The notes beneath the pieces were generated by a model. The model saw only the letters and a list, made by a program, of their open reading frames with translations, was not told the DNA's origin and made no database searches. From NCBI GenBank assembly GCA_964633875.1, contig CAZWKL010000004.1, positions 1,971 to 65,970 on the forward strand: a stretch of 64,000 nucleotides of DNA, read 5' to 3'. Both the position numbers and the translations under genes were made by a program. Source of the stretch: an uncultured Pseudomonadales bacterium. GTDB taxonomy: Bacteria > Patescibacteriota > Microgenomatia > UBA1400 > PJMF01. Shown here one piece after another: positions 8,909-18,910 of the stretch. Numbering within the stretch: the stretch's first letter is position 1; every line of letters starts with the position of its first letter.

Positions 8909-10969
8909 ATGAAGCATTTATATGTGACGCCAGTAATTGGCTTGCCTCAAGTCACAGGTTGGTCTCAGGTTGTTGAGAACCCACACGCTGCCCCGAATAG
9001 ACTGATTTTTTCCTTTGCCCTGGCCGGAGAGCAAGCCGGTAATCTCGGCAGAGATATTTCCGAAGAGGTAGTCCAGTTTGTTCCTCAAACCTTGGAGGAA
9101 GCGTATAACTTTTTGGAAAATTTGGAAAAAAAATATCAGCAGCCCGAGGCAGAACTTTATTTTGCTGCCGGCATTTTTTTGCGGGACCAGGTGGCTTTTG
9201 CGGTTAAAGGCGGCAGTGTTTTGTTGAGACGCGACGGCAAGGTTGGTCCAATTGTTCATTCTGACGGAGCGTTCAAATTGGTAACCGGCAAGTATCTTAC
9301 TGATGACGTGATTGTCTTAGCTACTAAGCAGGCTGTGAGTTTTTTCAATGAAATTGAGTTGAAGTTCAAGACTGGTTTTGACACCGATACCATCATTACT
9401 TCAATAGTGCCCGGGCTGCACTCACAGGGCGATTCTTCTCTTTCTGCGCTGGCTTTTATTATTCCTTCGGAAATTGAGTATGAAGCAGAGAGTGAGGCAG
9501 ACGAAGCCTTGCTTGAAGTTTCTCTGGAAACTGACGCGGATGAAACGGCAGTAGTTTTGGAAGGTAGTGGGAATGGGGGGGTGGCGCCGCCGCAAATCAG
9601 CCCTGATGATGTGGGCGCTCCTAGTGTTGCCGCGGTTGAGGAGTTGGGTTTGAACGAACCGCCACCCCCCCAACCAAAATCTAATCTGGTTTTGCAGAAA
9701 TCAGGTCAATTTTTGACCCATTCAACTAAATTACTGAAAATAATTGCTAAAGCCTTAGTATTGGTAGGCGGGGCGCTGGCCGGCAAACTCCGAAACATCA
9801 ACTGGTCGAGGCTCAACCCGCGCAATTTTCGTGCTGGCCACCAATACCTTGGCCAGCGCCCCTCAGCCAAAATGCTCAAAATTGCCGCCGCCGCCCTCAT
9901 CCTGCTGATAGTCATTGCCGGCGGTTGGTACTTGCACTCCCAAAGAATCAACGCCGCCCGCGAAGAAGTCCGGCTTCTATTGCTCCCTCAAGCGGCCACC
10001 CTCGAATCGGCCAGAAGTTTGGCTGCTCAAAACCCGGTTGGCTCCCGGGAGCTAGTGGCGGTGTCCATCCGAGAGCTTGAAGTGATGCGCAACGAGCACC
10101 AAGACGATGGCAACGATATCTTTGTTGAAGAAATCGAAAAGCAACTGATCGCGGCCAGAGCTTTGTATGAAGAAATTTCCGGCAGAGAAGAGTTCGCGGA
10201 GCTTTCCATTTTTTATGATTTGCGCCTGGTTAAGCATGATTTTGTTGTCACTCAAGCGGCGGCTTTAGAAAATGTAGCCGCTCTTGTTGACAGCGGTCAA
10301 AATCAACTTGTTATCCTCAATTTAGAAACCAAGCAACCTCACGTGGTGACGCTTGGCGATATTGGTTCTATCCAGGATGTGAAAGTGCGCGGCGAAGACG
10401 TCTTAATTCTTGCCGATGGCATTTATTCTGTACCCATCAATGGCTCTGAGGTTCAAGAATTAATTGCCGTGGGTGATTCCAATCGCGAAGGCGAGATGCT
10501 TGGTGTTTATGATCGCTACGTCTATGTTTTTAATCCCGGCAGGAGAAATATCTACCGTTATGCCGGTAACAACGACGGTAGTTTTTCTGATCCGATTGGT
10601 TGGATGCAAGCCGCCAGAGGTCTGGTTTATGAAGACGTTGCCTCCTGGGCGATTGATGGCGATATCTGGATGGCAACTTCAACCGGTGAAGTCAGGCGGT
10701 TTGCCAGCGGGCGGGATGTAGAGTTTGTTATCAACGGCCTCACCGATGGTTTTAATTCCTCTCTGAGATTGGCTACCAGCGCCGGCCTCGAATCAATTTA
10801 TGTGCTTGAGCCTGAGGCTCACCGGCTAGTGGTGGTTGCCAAAAGTGGCGACTTTTTGCGGGAAGTCAAAAGTTCATCTTTAGCCTCGGCCAATCACCTG
10901 ATTGTGAGTGAATCACTGGGGAAAGCCTTTGCCGTCAGTGGCTCGCTCCTTTTTGAAATTAATCTCTGA
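8909..10969 (+). CDS. Bitopic protein: degenerate PP2C-like N-terminal domain, TM, coiled coil, extracellular beta-propeller
   Basis: GSVLLRRDG...DDVIVLAT in the N-terminus; one TM; repeated beta-strands (AIDGDIWM, IYVLE, RLVVV). The ATG at 8909 follows TGATAGAAT. Confidence 0.6.
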   Translation: MKHLYVTPVIGLPQVTGWSQVVENPHAAPNRLIFSFALAGEQAGNLGRDISEEVVQFVPQTLEEAYNFLENLEKKYQQPEAELYFAAGIFLRDQVAFAVKGGSVLLRRDGKVGPIVHSDGAFKLVTGKYLTDDVIVLATKQAVSFFNEIELKFKTGFDTDTIITSIVPGLHSQGDSSLSALAFIIPSEIEYEAESEADEALLEVSLETDADETAVVLEGSGNGGVAPPQISPDDVGAPSVAAVEELGLNEPPPPQPKSNLVLQKSGQFLTHSTKLLKIIAKALVLVGGALAGKLRNINWSRLNPRNFRAGHQYLGQRPSAKMLKIAAAALILLIVIAGGWYLHSQRINAAREEVRLLLLPQAATLESARSLAAQNPVGSRELVAVSIRELEVMRNEHQDDGNDIFVEEIEKQLIAARALYEEISGREEFAELSIFYDLRLVKHDFVVTQAAALENVAALVDSGQNQLVILNLETKQPHVVTLGDIGSIQDVKVRGEDVLILADGIYSVPINGSEVQELIAVGDSNREGEMLGVYDRYVYVFNPGRRNIYRYAGNNDGSFSDPIGWMQAARGLVYEDVASWAIDGDIWMATSTGEVRRFASGRDVEFVINGLTDGFNSSLRLATSAGLESIYVLEPEAHRLVVVAKSGDFLREVKSSSLASANHLIVSESLGKAFAVSGSLLFEINL

Positions 10970-11027
10970 ACTCATGGCCAAATTTCCGTGCCAACTTTTG
11001 CCTGATATAACCTGGTATAATTAGGCC

Positions 11028-11468
11028 ATGATTTTGTTGGAAAACCGGAAAGCCCGGCATGAGTACGAGATTTTAAAAACTTACACCGCGGGTATGGTCT
11101 TAACTGGCGCCGAGGTGAAGAGTTTGCGTGCCAAAAAAGGGAGCTTAACCGGCAGCTACGCTAAGATCATCAACGGAGAAGTTTATTTGCTCAATGTCCA
11201 AATTAACCCTTACGAATTTGCCGACAACAGCGAATACGATCCCAAGCGCACTCGCAAATTATTGCTGCAGAAAAAAGAAATCAGTCAAATTGCCGCCTAT
11301 CAAGAACAAAAAAACTACACCTTGGTGCCTTTGAAAATCAAGTTGGAGGGCAATTATCTCAAAGCCGAAATTGGCGTGGGGCGGGGTCTTAAAAAACATC
11401 AAAAACGGGAAAAGCTCAAGCAGCGCGCTCAAGAACGCGATGCTGCCAGAGAAATGAAATTTCGTTAA
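11028..11468 (+). CDS. smpB: SsrA-binding protein SmpB
   Basis: NRKARHEY, AGMVLTGAEVKSLR, RTRKLLL, TLVPL. Confidence 0.97.
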   Translation: MILLENRKARHEYEILKTYTAGMVLTGAEVKSLRAKKGSLTGSYAKIINGEVYLLNVQINPYEFADNSEYDPKRTRKLLLQKKEISQIAAYQEQKNYTLVPLKIKLEGNYLKAEIGVGRGLKKHQKREKLKQRAQERDAAREMKFR

Positions 11469-11574
11469 TCACCGGCGAGAGCCGTAATTTAGCTCACCCA
11501 CCAACTCCCTCTTAACTTCAACCAAATTTCCTTTTATACTAAAATCAGTAATTATAATTGCTATAAGGAGTTTT

Positions 11575-11844
11575 ATGCCTAAAAAAGTGTTTTGGCCTGC
11601 CGCCATGCTAGTGATGGGAATTATCTTTTTCGGTACTAACACCGGTGCGTTTGCCAGTGAGTTTGCCAATTTGTGGGCGATTGTCTTGATCGTAGCCGGC
11701 TTGGGTGGTCTGTTGCTTTCAGATAGAGAAGAATGGTTGTCTAACGCGATCAGCTCTAAGAATAAGAATAAGAAAGTGAAGAAAACCACCAAAACTGTCA
11801 AAGCCACCAAGAAAAAAACCGCTAAGCGCAAAACTAAGAAATAA
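11575..11844 (+). CDS. Small 2-TM protein with Lys-rich tail
   Basis: AAGGAG RBS; two TMs followed by a K/T-rich tail. Confidence 0.7.
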   Translation: MPKKVFWPAAMLVMGIIFFGTNTGAFASEFANLWAIVLIVAGLGGLLLSDREEWLSNAISSKNKNKKVKKTTKTVKATKKKTAKRKTKK

Positions 11845-11882
11845 GACCAAGCAATTGGGTGTCAAGCAATCGGGGAATCCAT

Positions 11883-12092
11883 ATGGCCAGTGACTTTCGT
11901 GAAATTTCTGAAGAATATCAGAGGAGAACTGACGAAATTGAAGCCAAAAAGGAAGAAAAGCAGCGCCGGAGGTTAGAAAAACAACGTTTAGACAACCTCA
12001 AGAAAAGAAATAAGTTAATTGAAAAATTGATCGCGCCGGCAATTTTGCTGTTTACCGTTCTGCTCTCGTTTCTGTTGATGTTTCTAAATTAA
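11883..12092 (+). CDS. Small hypothetical protein (coiled coil plus C-terminal TM)
   Basis: Charged helix followed by a hydrophobic tail; 3' end overlaps the PBP 3' end. Confidence 0.6.
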   Translation: MASDFREISEEYQRRTDEIEAKKEEKQRRRLEKQRLDNLKKRNKLIEKLIAPAILLFTVLLSFLLMFLN

Positions 12093-14439
12093 TGCCGACA
12101 TTAAATCCGGCGCCGATTCTAGCCATCTGCTCTTCTGAGAGCGGCTCGCGGCAGTTATCTAGTGGCACTTTGCCTGTCAAGAAAACCTCTTCTCTGGTGG
12201 AATGACACCAGTCGCAGCTGGCGCGTTGCGTAAAGTTGCAGATTGAGGCCAGCTCAACGCCGCTTGGAACGGCAAAAACATGAGGATTTTGGTCCTGCAG
12301 TTGCAGGCGAATCAGTGAGTTCCAAATTGGTGAGGCGCCGGTAACCCCGGAGGCCACGTAACTCATAGGTGTATTGTCGTTATTTCCCACCCAAACCGCC
12401 ACCACTCGATTGTTGGTATAGCCAATGGTCCAGTTGTCCCTCAGACTGTTAGTGGTGCCGGTTTTGACTGCTACTTCATGATTGGGAATATAAAGAGTAG
12501 ACATGGGGCCGAAGGCGGGCGTTCTGGCGTCGTTGTCTGACAAAATATGGGTGATTTGGTAAGCCACCGCCGGATTGAGGACCGGTTCTCCTTCACAACC
12601 GACACCATTCAGGGCGCACTCATTCCGGTACAAAACTTCTCCTTTGAAATTAGTGACTTCCAAGATGGGATTGAGATCAACACGAAAGCCGTTGTTGGCA
12701 AAGACGCCGTACATGGTGGCCATGTCTGTCATCAAAACTTCACCACCACCCAGAGTGAGCGAAAGCCCAAACCGGCTTCGGTCTCCCCAGGTAGTGATAC
12801 CCATCTGCTCGCCTTTATCAATCAGGCTGTGAACACCAAGGGTGTTAAGAACTTTGACAGCCGGAACATTGTATGAAGAAGCCAAGGCCTCTCTAAGGGT
12901 GACTTTACCACGGAATTTATTGTCGTAATTAACCGGACTGTAGGGCGGAGCGCCTGCAAATCTGTAGGAAACCGGCGTGTCTTCAATTTGAGTCACGGGA
13001 GTAAAACCACTCTCCAGAGCCAGCGCGTAAGTGAGAGGCTTAATTGATGACCCTGGTTGTCTGGGTCTTTGAGTAACGTTGACTTGACCATCCTGCTCGA
13101 AAGCAAAATAATCCGTGCTGCCGACCATGCTGAGAATTTCCCCAGTTTTAGGATTGGTAATCAGCGCCGCACCGTTACTAACCTTGAGTCGTTCCAGTTT
13201 CGCTACTTCATCAGTGACAATTTTTTGAGCCACTTGCTGGAGTCGGCTATCCAGAGTGGTCCTGATGGTCAAGCCGCCGTTATGCAACATCTCCTCACCA
13301 TATTCATCAGCCAGCAACTGTCTTACGTACATCACAAAATGTGGCGCGGTAATATTAACCACGTCCTTTCTAAAAGTAAGCGGCTGTTTGATGGCGGCCT
13401 CCGCTTGTTCAGCGGTAATATAGCCATCTTCTTGCATCCGCCTCAGCACCTCTTCTTGGCGTTTGAAAGCCAGTTCCGGTGCAGTGCCAAAAGGCGAGTA
13501 AGTAGAAGGCGCTTGAGGCAAACCTGCCAAGACCGCCGCCTCCGCCAAGGACAGGTTTTTGGCGCTTTTTTGGAAATAATTTTGAGCGGCTTCTTCAATA
13601 CCATAGGTTGAGCCGCCAAAAGCCACCTGATTGAGATACATTTCCAGAATTTCTTCTTTGGAATACTGTTGCTCAGTCATGATCGCCAACAGCAACTCTT
13701 TAATTTTTCTGGTCCAGGTTCTCTCAGGAGTGAGCAGGCGGTTTTTTACCAATTGTTGAGTGATGGTAGAGCCGCCTTCCAGCCTTTCTCCTTTCAGATT
13801 GGCGATCAAGGCCCGCGAAATGCCTCTGGGAGAAAAACCAAAATGATTAAAAAAATCCTTGTCCTCAATGGCAATCACGGCATAAATTACTTGCGGGGGA
13901 ATGTCTTCAAGAGGAATGATGGTGCGGTTTTCGTTTTCGTAAACCCGATACAATACTTGATTATTCCGATCCAAAATTTTAGTGCTGACGGGCGGGTCCG
14001 TCTGGCGGAGGTATTCTGGTTGCGGCAGGTCTTTGAAAATTTCTTCATAAGTGTAAGCCGTACCACTCATAATCAGCGAGCTAATCATCACAATTATCAT
14101 CACAGCTAGGAAATGATGGCGGAAGACTTTGACAAAAGAGGAGAAAAAATCACTTAAAAGCTCAGCCAGACTTGTTTGGCGCAATTTTTGGCTGAAGGAA
14201 ATTGATTTTTTTCTGGATGTGCCAGGACGGCGTCGGCGGAAACGGGTGCGCAGAAGAGTTAGGAAGGTTTTGGTGGGGTGGCTTTTGGCATCGGTTGGCG
14301 CCACTTGAGCCACTTTGGCCATCGAGATCACCGAAGTCCCCGACTTTTTTTCCAAAACATAAAAAATTGCCGTACTTAGCAAGTGTTTTTTTAAAATTTT
14401 GGACCGGACATTTTGGATGTGGGTTTTTTGCCGCGCCAT
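12052..14439 (-). CDS. Class A penicillin-binding protein (PBP1A family)
   Basis: GT51 motifs EDKDFFNHFG and GGSTITQQLVKN; transpeptidase motifs SSIK, SYN and KTGT. Confidence 0.95.
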   Translation of the reverse strand: MARQKTHIQNVRSKILKKHLLSTAIFYVLEKKSGTSVISMAKVAQVAPTDAKSHPTKTFLTLLRTRFRRRRPGTSRKKSISFSQKLRQTSLAELLSDFFSSFVKVFRHHFLAVMIIVMISSLIMSGTAYTYEEIFKDLPQPEYLRQTDPPVSTKILDRNNQVLYRVYENENRTIIPLEDIPPQVIYAVIAIEDKDFFNHFGFSPRGISRALIANLKGERLEGGSTITQQLVKNRLLTPERTWTRKIKELLLAIMTEQQYSKEEILEMYLNQVAFGGSTYGIEEAAQNYFQKSAKNLSLAEAAVLAGLPQAPSTYSPFGTAPELAFKRQEEVLRRMQEDGYITAEQAEAAIKQPLTFRKDVVNITAPHFVMYVRQLLADEYGEEMLHNGGLTIRTTLDSRLQQVAQKIVTDEVAKLERLKVSNGAALITNPKTGEILSMVGSTDYFAFEQDGQVNVTQRPRQPGSSIKPLTYALALESGFTPVTQIEDTPVSYRFAGAPPYSPVNYDNKFRGKVTLREALASSYNVPAVKVLNTLGVHSLIDKGEQMGITTWGDRSRFGLSLTLGGGEVLMTDMATMYGVFANNGFRVDLNPILEVTNFKGEVLYRNECALNGVGCEGEPVLNPAVAYQITHILSDNDARTPAFGPMSTLYIPNHEVAVKTGTTNSLRDNWTIGYTNNRVVAVWVGNNDNTPMSYVASGVTGASPIWNSLIRLQLQDQNPHVFAVPSGVELASICNFTQRASCDWCHSTREEVFLTGKVPLDNCREPLSEEQMARIGAGFNVGINLETSTETRAER

Positions 14440-14514
14440 GAAATTACCTCAACTGCTTTAGGCGGATAATAACACGGCCACTAACAGAGTACAATTGTCT
14501 CACAATATGTCAAT

Positions 14515-15789
14515 TCAGTTCGTCGTGGGCGGATAAAGTTTTTGGTTGATGACCTCCCAAAGTTCTCGAGAATTGCCTTCATAACCAATGGCCCAAATGG
14601 CTACACCTGCCAGGTCAAGTTGGTTGACAAAGTCCAGTTTATAAGAAAGCGAGCGAGAGTTCTCGTAATAAATCACGTAAATTTCACCATCTTTTTCGTA
14701 ACTAATGTACGGCGAGAGCGCGTTCTCATTCCAGTGTTCCTCAACCGCATAAACCTCTTTTTCCTGCAGCAGGCTGACGATGTCATCGATGATGGCGGTG
14801 GAACCAGTGTCGGGAAAAGTATGCGATTGCGGATCGCGGGAAACTGTTTGCCAGCGGTAACCATAAAATGGGATTCCCAAGAGAATTTTGTCATTAGGGA
14901 CTATGGTCAAAAGCTCTTGAAGATGACTACTAATATCACTATCCCAGTATTCTTTGCCACCGAAAAGCGGCGCCACTGGTCCGGCCTGCTGAGAAGATTT
15001 CCGGTGAAAATCGTAGGCCATCACCACAACGTAATCGACGTACGGTTCAAGCGTGGCCACATCCCAGATGTTGGTTTTTTTGGCAGCGCTGGCGTAGATA
15101 TCAATAGAAATGGCAATGCCAGTGTATTTGGCCTGAATATGTTGGTGGAGAGCAGCCATGAAAGCGGTCATTTGCGGTTGCAAGGAGTTGCAAGTTGAGC
15201 CTGAACACTCGATATCGATGTTGACACCGCTGATCGGGTAAGCTAAGAGAACGTTATCAAGGGCGAGTAGGAATTTTTCCTGGGCGGTTTTCGATTGCAA
15301 AAATGAGCTGATGTCTTCTTCGTTAAACTGGGAAATGACGATCTCGATTTTGGCTTCATGATTGATGGCTTCACGGGCCAAATCGAAAAACTCATCGGAA
15401 CCAAGCCGCTGATAACCTTGGTCAGGCTCGTTGTCTACAGTGGTGAGCAGGCTGCCATCTCCGCCGATGGTGAGAGAAAAGTAACTCAAGTGTGTCATCT
15501 CAGGTTGGATAACGGTTTTTTTGAGATTCCAGTAGGGTAAGAAGCCATAGACGATTTTACCCTTGGCAAGAGGAGCGGCTTGATGGTTTTGAAAAAAGCG
15601 GAAAGTAGTAAAGGAACTCACTGGTGAAACCAGTGGCTCATCCCAGTGCCACCAAATAAAAACAGCTACCAGACTAACAAAAAAAGTAATTGTTAGGGCA
15701 ACAATCTTTAATTTTTGTAGGCTCCTCTCCCATTTAGACACACGGGGGGCAGGGTTGGTCATGGTGGCTTTTCTAAAAGTTCGCTTCAT
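14515..15789 (-). CDS. Membrane-anchored GH18 glycoside hydrolase
   Basis: GFLPYW, GVNIDIE (DxE), VMAYDFH, KILLGIPFYG, GVAIWAIG; N-terminal TM. Confidence 0.88.
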   Translation of the reverse strand: MKRTFRKATMTNPAPRVSKWERSLQKLKIVALTITFFVSLVAVFIWWHWDEPLVSPVSSFTTFRFFQNHQAAPLAKGKIVYGFLPYWNLKKTVIQPEMTHLSYFSLTIGGDGSLLTTVDNEPDQGYQRLGSDEFFDLAREAINHEAKIEIVISQFNEEDISSFLQSKTAQEKFLLALDNVLLAYPISGVNIDIECSGSTCNSLQPQMTAFMAALHQHIQAKYTGIAISIDIYASAAKKTNIWDVATLEPYVDYVVVMAYDFHRKSSQQAGPVAPLFGGKEYWDSDISSHLQELLTIVPNDKILLGIPFYGYRWQTVSRDPQSHTFPDTGSTAIIDDIVSLLQEKEVYAVEEHWNENALSPYISYEKDGEIYVIYYENSRSLSYKLDFVNQLDLAGVAIWAIGYEGNSRELWEVINQKLYPPTTN

Positions 15790-15834
15790 GGCGCGTGCAG
15801 GTATTATTACCGATCCACTGGCTATGTAAAGAGC

Positions 15835-18300
15835 CTATTCATTTTGGGAAAAGACGGATTGTTCAAAGTAATTGCTACTACCGATAGTGTAGTTTTCGTT
15901 GACAGTGTAGCGCTCGTACTGAACACTGCCGCTTTCATTGACCGGTCTGTTACAGTCGGCGCAGTAGAATTCGGTTACAGGGTCTTGGTAGAAAGTATGG
16001 GTTTCCAAGATTAAATCTTCCACTTCTGCTCCGTAAGGTGGTGGTAGGCCGGTGGTGGGGTCGATCCAGAACTCTTTTTCTGTCATTTGAGCCACAGAAG
16101 GCTTGGCTTCTTCCCAGAAGAGGTCGGTGCCTCGGACTGAACAGCGATTATTGTCTCCGGGAGGCATGCCGGTTAAGCACACCGGCGCGGATGCCACGTT
16201 TTCAGGCTTTTCCTGCCAAATTGGCTCGCGGTCGCGGAGGATGTAGCTCATGATGTCGTTCCAGATTGGCGCCGCGCCAGTTACGCCGGAAACCAAGCGT
16301 TGATTCATGGGCGTATTATCATTATTGCCTACCCAGGTGATAACCAAAAACTCCGGAGTAAAACCCACCGTCCAGTTATCCCGCAGGTCATTGGTGGTTC
16401 CGGTTTTCACACTCACCACTTGGTCGGGAATAACCAGCTGAGAGTTGGCTCCAAAAGCCATTCTTCTGGCATCATTGTCCTGCATGATGTGGCTGACCAT
16501 GTACGCGGGCGCCCGATCCATCACTCTTTGTAGCTCACCGGATTTTGAACGGCTGTCAGTTTGGTTGAGTTCAGTCAATCTTTCTTGGCGGTCTTCCGGT
16601 TTAACTTCATACAAAACTTTGCCGGTATAAGTTTCTACTTTTAGAATAGGAGTAAGGGGAACCTTGACGCCTTTGTTGGCCAAAACACCAAATGCCTGGG
16701 CCAACTCGATCATCTTCACTTCACCGCCACCAAGCGTCAAGGACAAACCATAGCGGGAAGGATCTTGCCAGGACTCAATGCCCATAGCGTTGGCTTGGTT
16801 AATAAAGTTCCTCAACCCCACTGTGCGCAAAGCTTTCACAGCCGGAATATTGAGTGAGTTACCCAAACTCTGTCTGACCGTAACCGGACCCCGAAAACCA
16901 CCATCATAATTTTTCGGACAATAGGGCGGTTGACCTGTTACTTCAAAACAAGTGGGAATATCCAAAAGTAAGCTGCCCGGATTAAGCACTTTTTCCTGCA
17001 TGGCAGTGGCATAGGTTATTGGCTTAATGGACGAGCCGGGTTGCCGGTTGGCTAAAGTCACATTAACCTGTCCTTCATCAGTGGCATTAAAGTAATCTTT
17101 GCTGCCGACCATACTGAGAATTTCGCCCGTGTCCGGTTTTACCACCATAGCTGCGCCATTGCCAACACGGTAATTAGCCAGGTTGGCAATCTCCGCCGAT
17201 ACCGATGCCTGAGCAGTGTTGTGCAGTTCAAGATCAAGGGTAGTGGTCACCCGCAGGCCACCCTTTTCCACTGTTTCCACCCCATACTCTTCGTACAAAA
17301 CATCACGGACATAAAAAACAAAGTGAGGCGCTTTAATATCAGTTCTGGAAAGGGCAAAAGCCAAAACTTCCTCGCCGGCGGCCTTTTCTTCATCGGCGGC
17401 AATATAGCCGTCTTCCCGCATTCTTCTCAAGACTTCCAGTTGTCGTCTCTTAGCTGCTTCCGGATTTGATCCAAAAGGCGAGTAAGTAGAGGGCGCCTTG
17501 GGCAACCCGGCCAGCAAAGCCGCCTCACCCAGCGTCAAATCTTGGGCGGACTTTTCAAAATAACTCCGGGCGGCCGCCTCAATTCCCACCGCGGTGCCAC
17601 CGTACGAAATATAGTTAAGGTACATTTCCAGGATTTCTTCTTTGGTGTAAATAGCTTCAGTAAAAACCGCCAGCACCCCTTCTTTAATTTTCCGGGTGAT
17701 GGTGCGTTCCTTACTCAACAAAGCATTTTTGACCAACTGCTGAGTGATGGTAGACCCACCCTCCAGCCTCTGCCCGCGTAAATTATTCAGCGCAGCCCGG
17801 GCAATGCCCTCCAGATCAAAGCCAATATGACGGAAAAAATTTTGGTCTTCAATAGCAATGGAAGCTTGATAGACATAGGGCGGCAAGGTTTCGATTTCAA
17901 TAGGAATACGGTTTTCGTTGGCATAAATTTCGTAGAGTAGCTCGCCGTGGCGGTCGAAAATCTGGGTGCTGACAGCATAGTTGTCGTTGTGGGTGAGCCG
18001 ACGGGGCGAAGGCAGTTCGTTAAGAATGTAGGCAAAGCCAAGTAAAAATAGCGCGAAAGCCAAGAGCGCTCCGTACCTTACTACAGGGTTGCTGAATAGA
18101 CGGATGGTGGTTTTGATGATTTTCATTATCAGTCTTAAAAATAGTCCTAAAAAGTCCTTAAGCCACACCAGCCATTTATTTTTTGACTGTCTCTGGCTTT
18201 TTTTGTCCCCTTCAAACAGGTTACGGACATTGGAAAGATGGGCAGCTAGCTGTTTATTTTTTTTGTTTTTCAAAGTTTTCATGTATGATGCGGCCATCAT
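15835..18300 (-). CDS. Class A penicillin-binding protein (PBP1A family)
   Basis: EDQNFFRHIG, GGSTITQQLVKN, SSIK, SLN and KTGT motifs. Start codon uncertain. Confidence 0.95.
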   Translation of the reverse strand: MMAASYMKTLKNKKNKQLAAHLSNVRNLFEGDKKSQRQSKNKWLVWLKDFLGLFLRLIMKIIKTTIRLFSNPVVRYGALLAFALFLLGFAYILNELPSPRRLTHNDNYAVSTQIFDRHGELLYEIYANENRIPIEIETLPPYVYQASIAIEDQNFFRHIGFDLEGIARAALNNLRGQRLEGGSTITQQLVKNALLSKERTITRKIKEGVLAVFTEAIYTKEEILEMYLNYISYGGTAVGIEAAARSYFEKSAQDLTLGEAALLAGLPKAPSTYSPFGSNPEAAKRRQLEVLRRMREDGYIAADEEKAAGEEVLAFALSRTDIKAPHFVFYVRDVLYEEYGVETVEKGGLRVTTTLDLELHNTAQASVSAEIANLANYRVGNGAAMVVKPDTGEILSMVGSKDYFNATDEGQVNVTLANRQPGSSIKPITYATAMQEKVLNPGSLLLDIPTCFEVTGQPPYCPKNYDGGFRGPVTVRQSLGNSLNIPAVKALRTVGLRNFINQANAMGIESWQDPSRYGLSLTLGGGEVKMIELAQAFGVLANKGVKVPLTPILKVETYTGKVLYEVKPEDRQERLTELNQTDSRSKSGELQRVMDRAPAYMVSHIMQDNDARRMAFGANSQLVIPDQVVSVKTGTTNDLRDNWTVGFTPEFLVITWVGNNDNTPMNQRLVSGVTGAAPIWNDIMSYILRDREPIWQEKPENVASAPVCLTGMPPGDNNRCSVRGTDLFWEEAKPSVAQMTEKEFWIDPTTGLPPPYGAEVEDLILETHTFYQDPVTEFYCADCNRPVNESGSVQYERYTVNENYTIGSSNYFEQSVFSQNE

Positions 18301-18361
18301 CTTGAGTGCTTATTTTATCAGATGCACCCGGCGTGGTAAATTAGTTGTTAGAAGGGTTTTT

Positions 18362-18865
18362 ATGAACTCATTACAAACCGAAAAAGTGGTGACTGCAGGC
18401 TGGTTTTTGTATTTGGAGCCTCTTCAGCAAGAACTGGTTAAACACGCCCTGGAACTTTACCACCGCGAGCTGGCGCTTCAGTCCGATTTGCCCGATTATT
18501 CTTTTTTAGTTTTCACCATGTCTAAAGCTTATGAAGGCTTTTTGAAAAAGTATTTACTCGACCTGAAATTTATCAGCGCCAAAGTTTATGAAGGTAGAAA
18601 GTTTCGCATTGGCCGCGCCCTCAATCCAGACGTCCATACCAACCACCGCGATGAGTACTGGCTTTATGACGACTTAGCCCAAGTTTGCGGCCCGGAACTG
18701 GCCAGGCAACTTTGGGAAACTTGGCTCCAGTGCCGCAATCGGGTGTTTCATTATTTTCCGAGCGACCCCAACATTATTGATCTAGAAACAGCGGCAAAAT
18801 TTCTGGCGATGCTTGTTTCAGCCATGGAAAAAGCTTTTGTGTGTAAAATATCCCTTAAGAAATAG
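18362..18865 (+). CDS. HEPN-domain protein, RnlA/RNase LS C-terminal-like
   Basis: DYSFLVFTMSKAYEGFLKK and the RxxxxH motif RNRVFH. The likely ATG is 18362; the upstream ORF extension overlaps the PBP gene. Confidence 0.65.
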   Translation: MNSLQTEKVVTAGWFLYLEPLQQELVKHALELYHRELALQSDLPDYSFLVFTMSKAYEGFLKKYLLDLKFISAKVYEGRKFRIGRALNPDVHTNHRDEYWLYDDLAQVCGPELARQLWETWLQCRNRVFHYFPSDPNIIDLETAAKFLAMLVSAMEKAFVCKISLKK

Positions 18866-18910
18866 TTTAAATTGTGTTACTTTCTTTGAAAGTAATTAAA
18901 AAGGAGCAGC

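Noticed and set aside
10970-11575. tmRNA near smpB
   Set aside because: The intergenic spaces are too short and lack tRNA-like ends.
18089-18361. N-terminal extension of the HEPN ORF
   Set aside because: It overlaps the PBP gene on the opposite strand; ATG 18362 follows a promoter-like TGGTAAATT.
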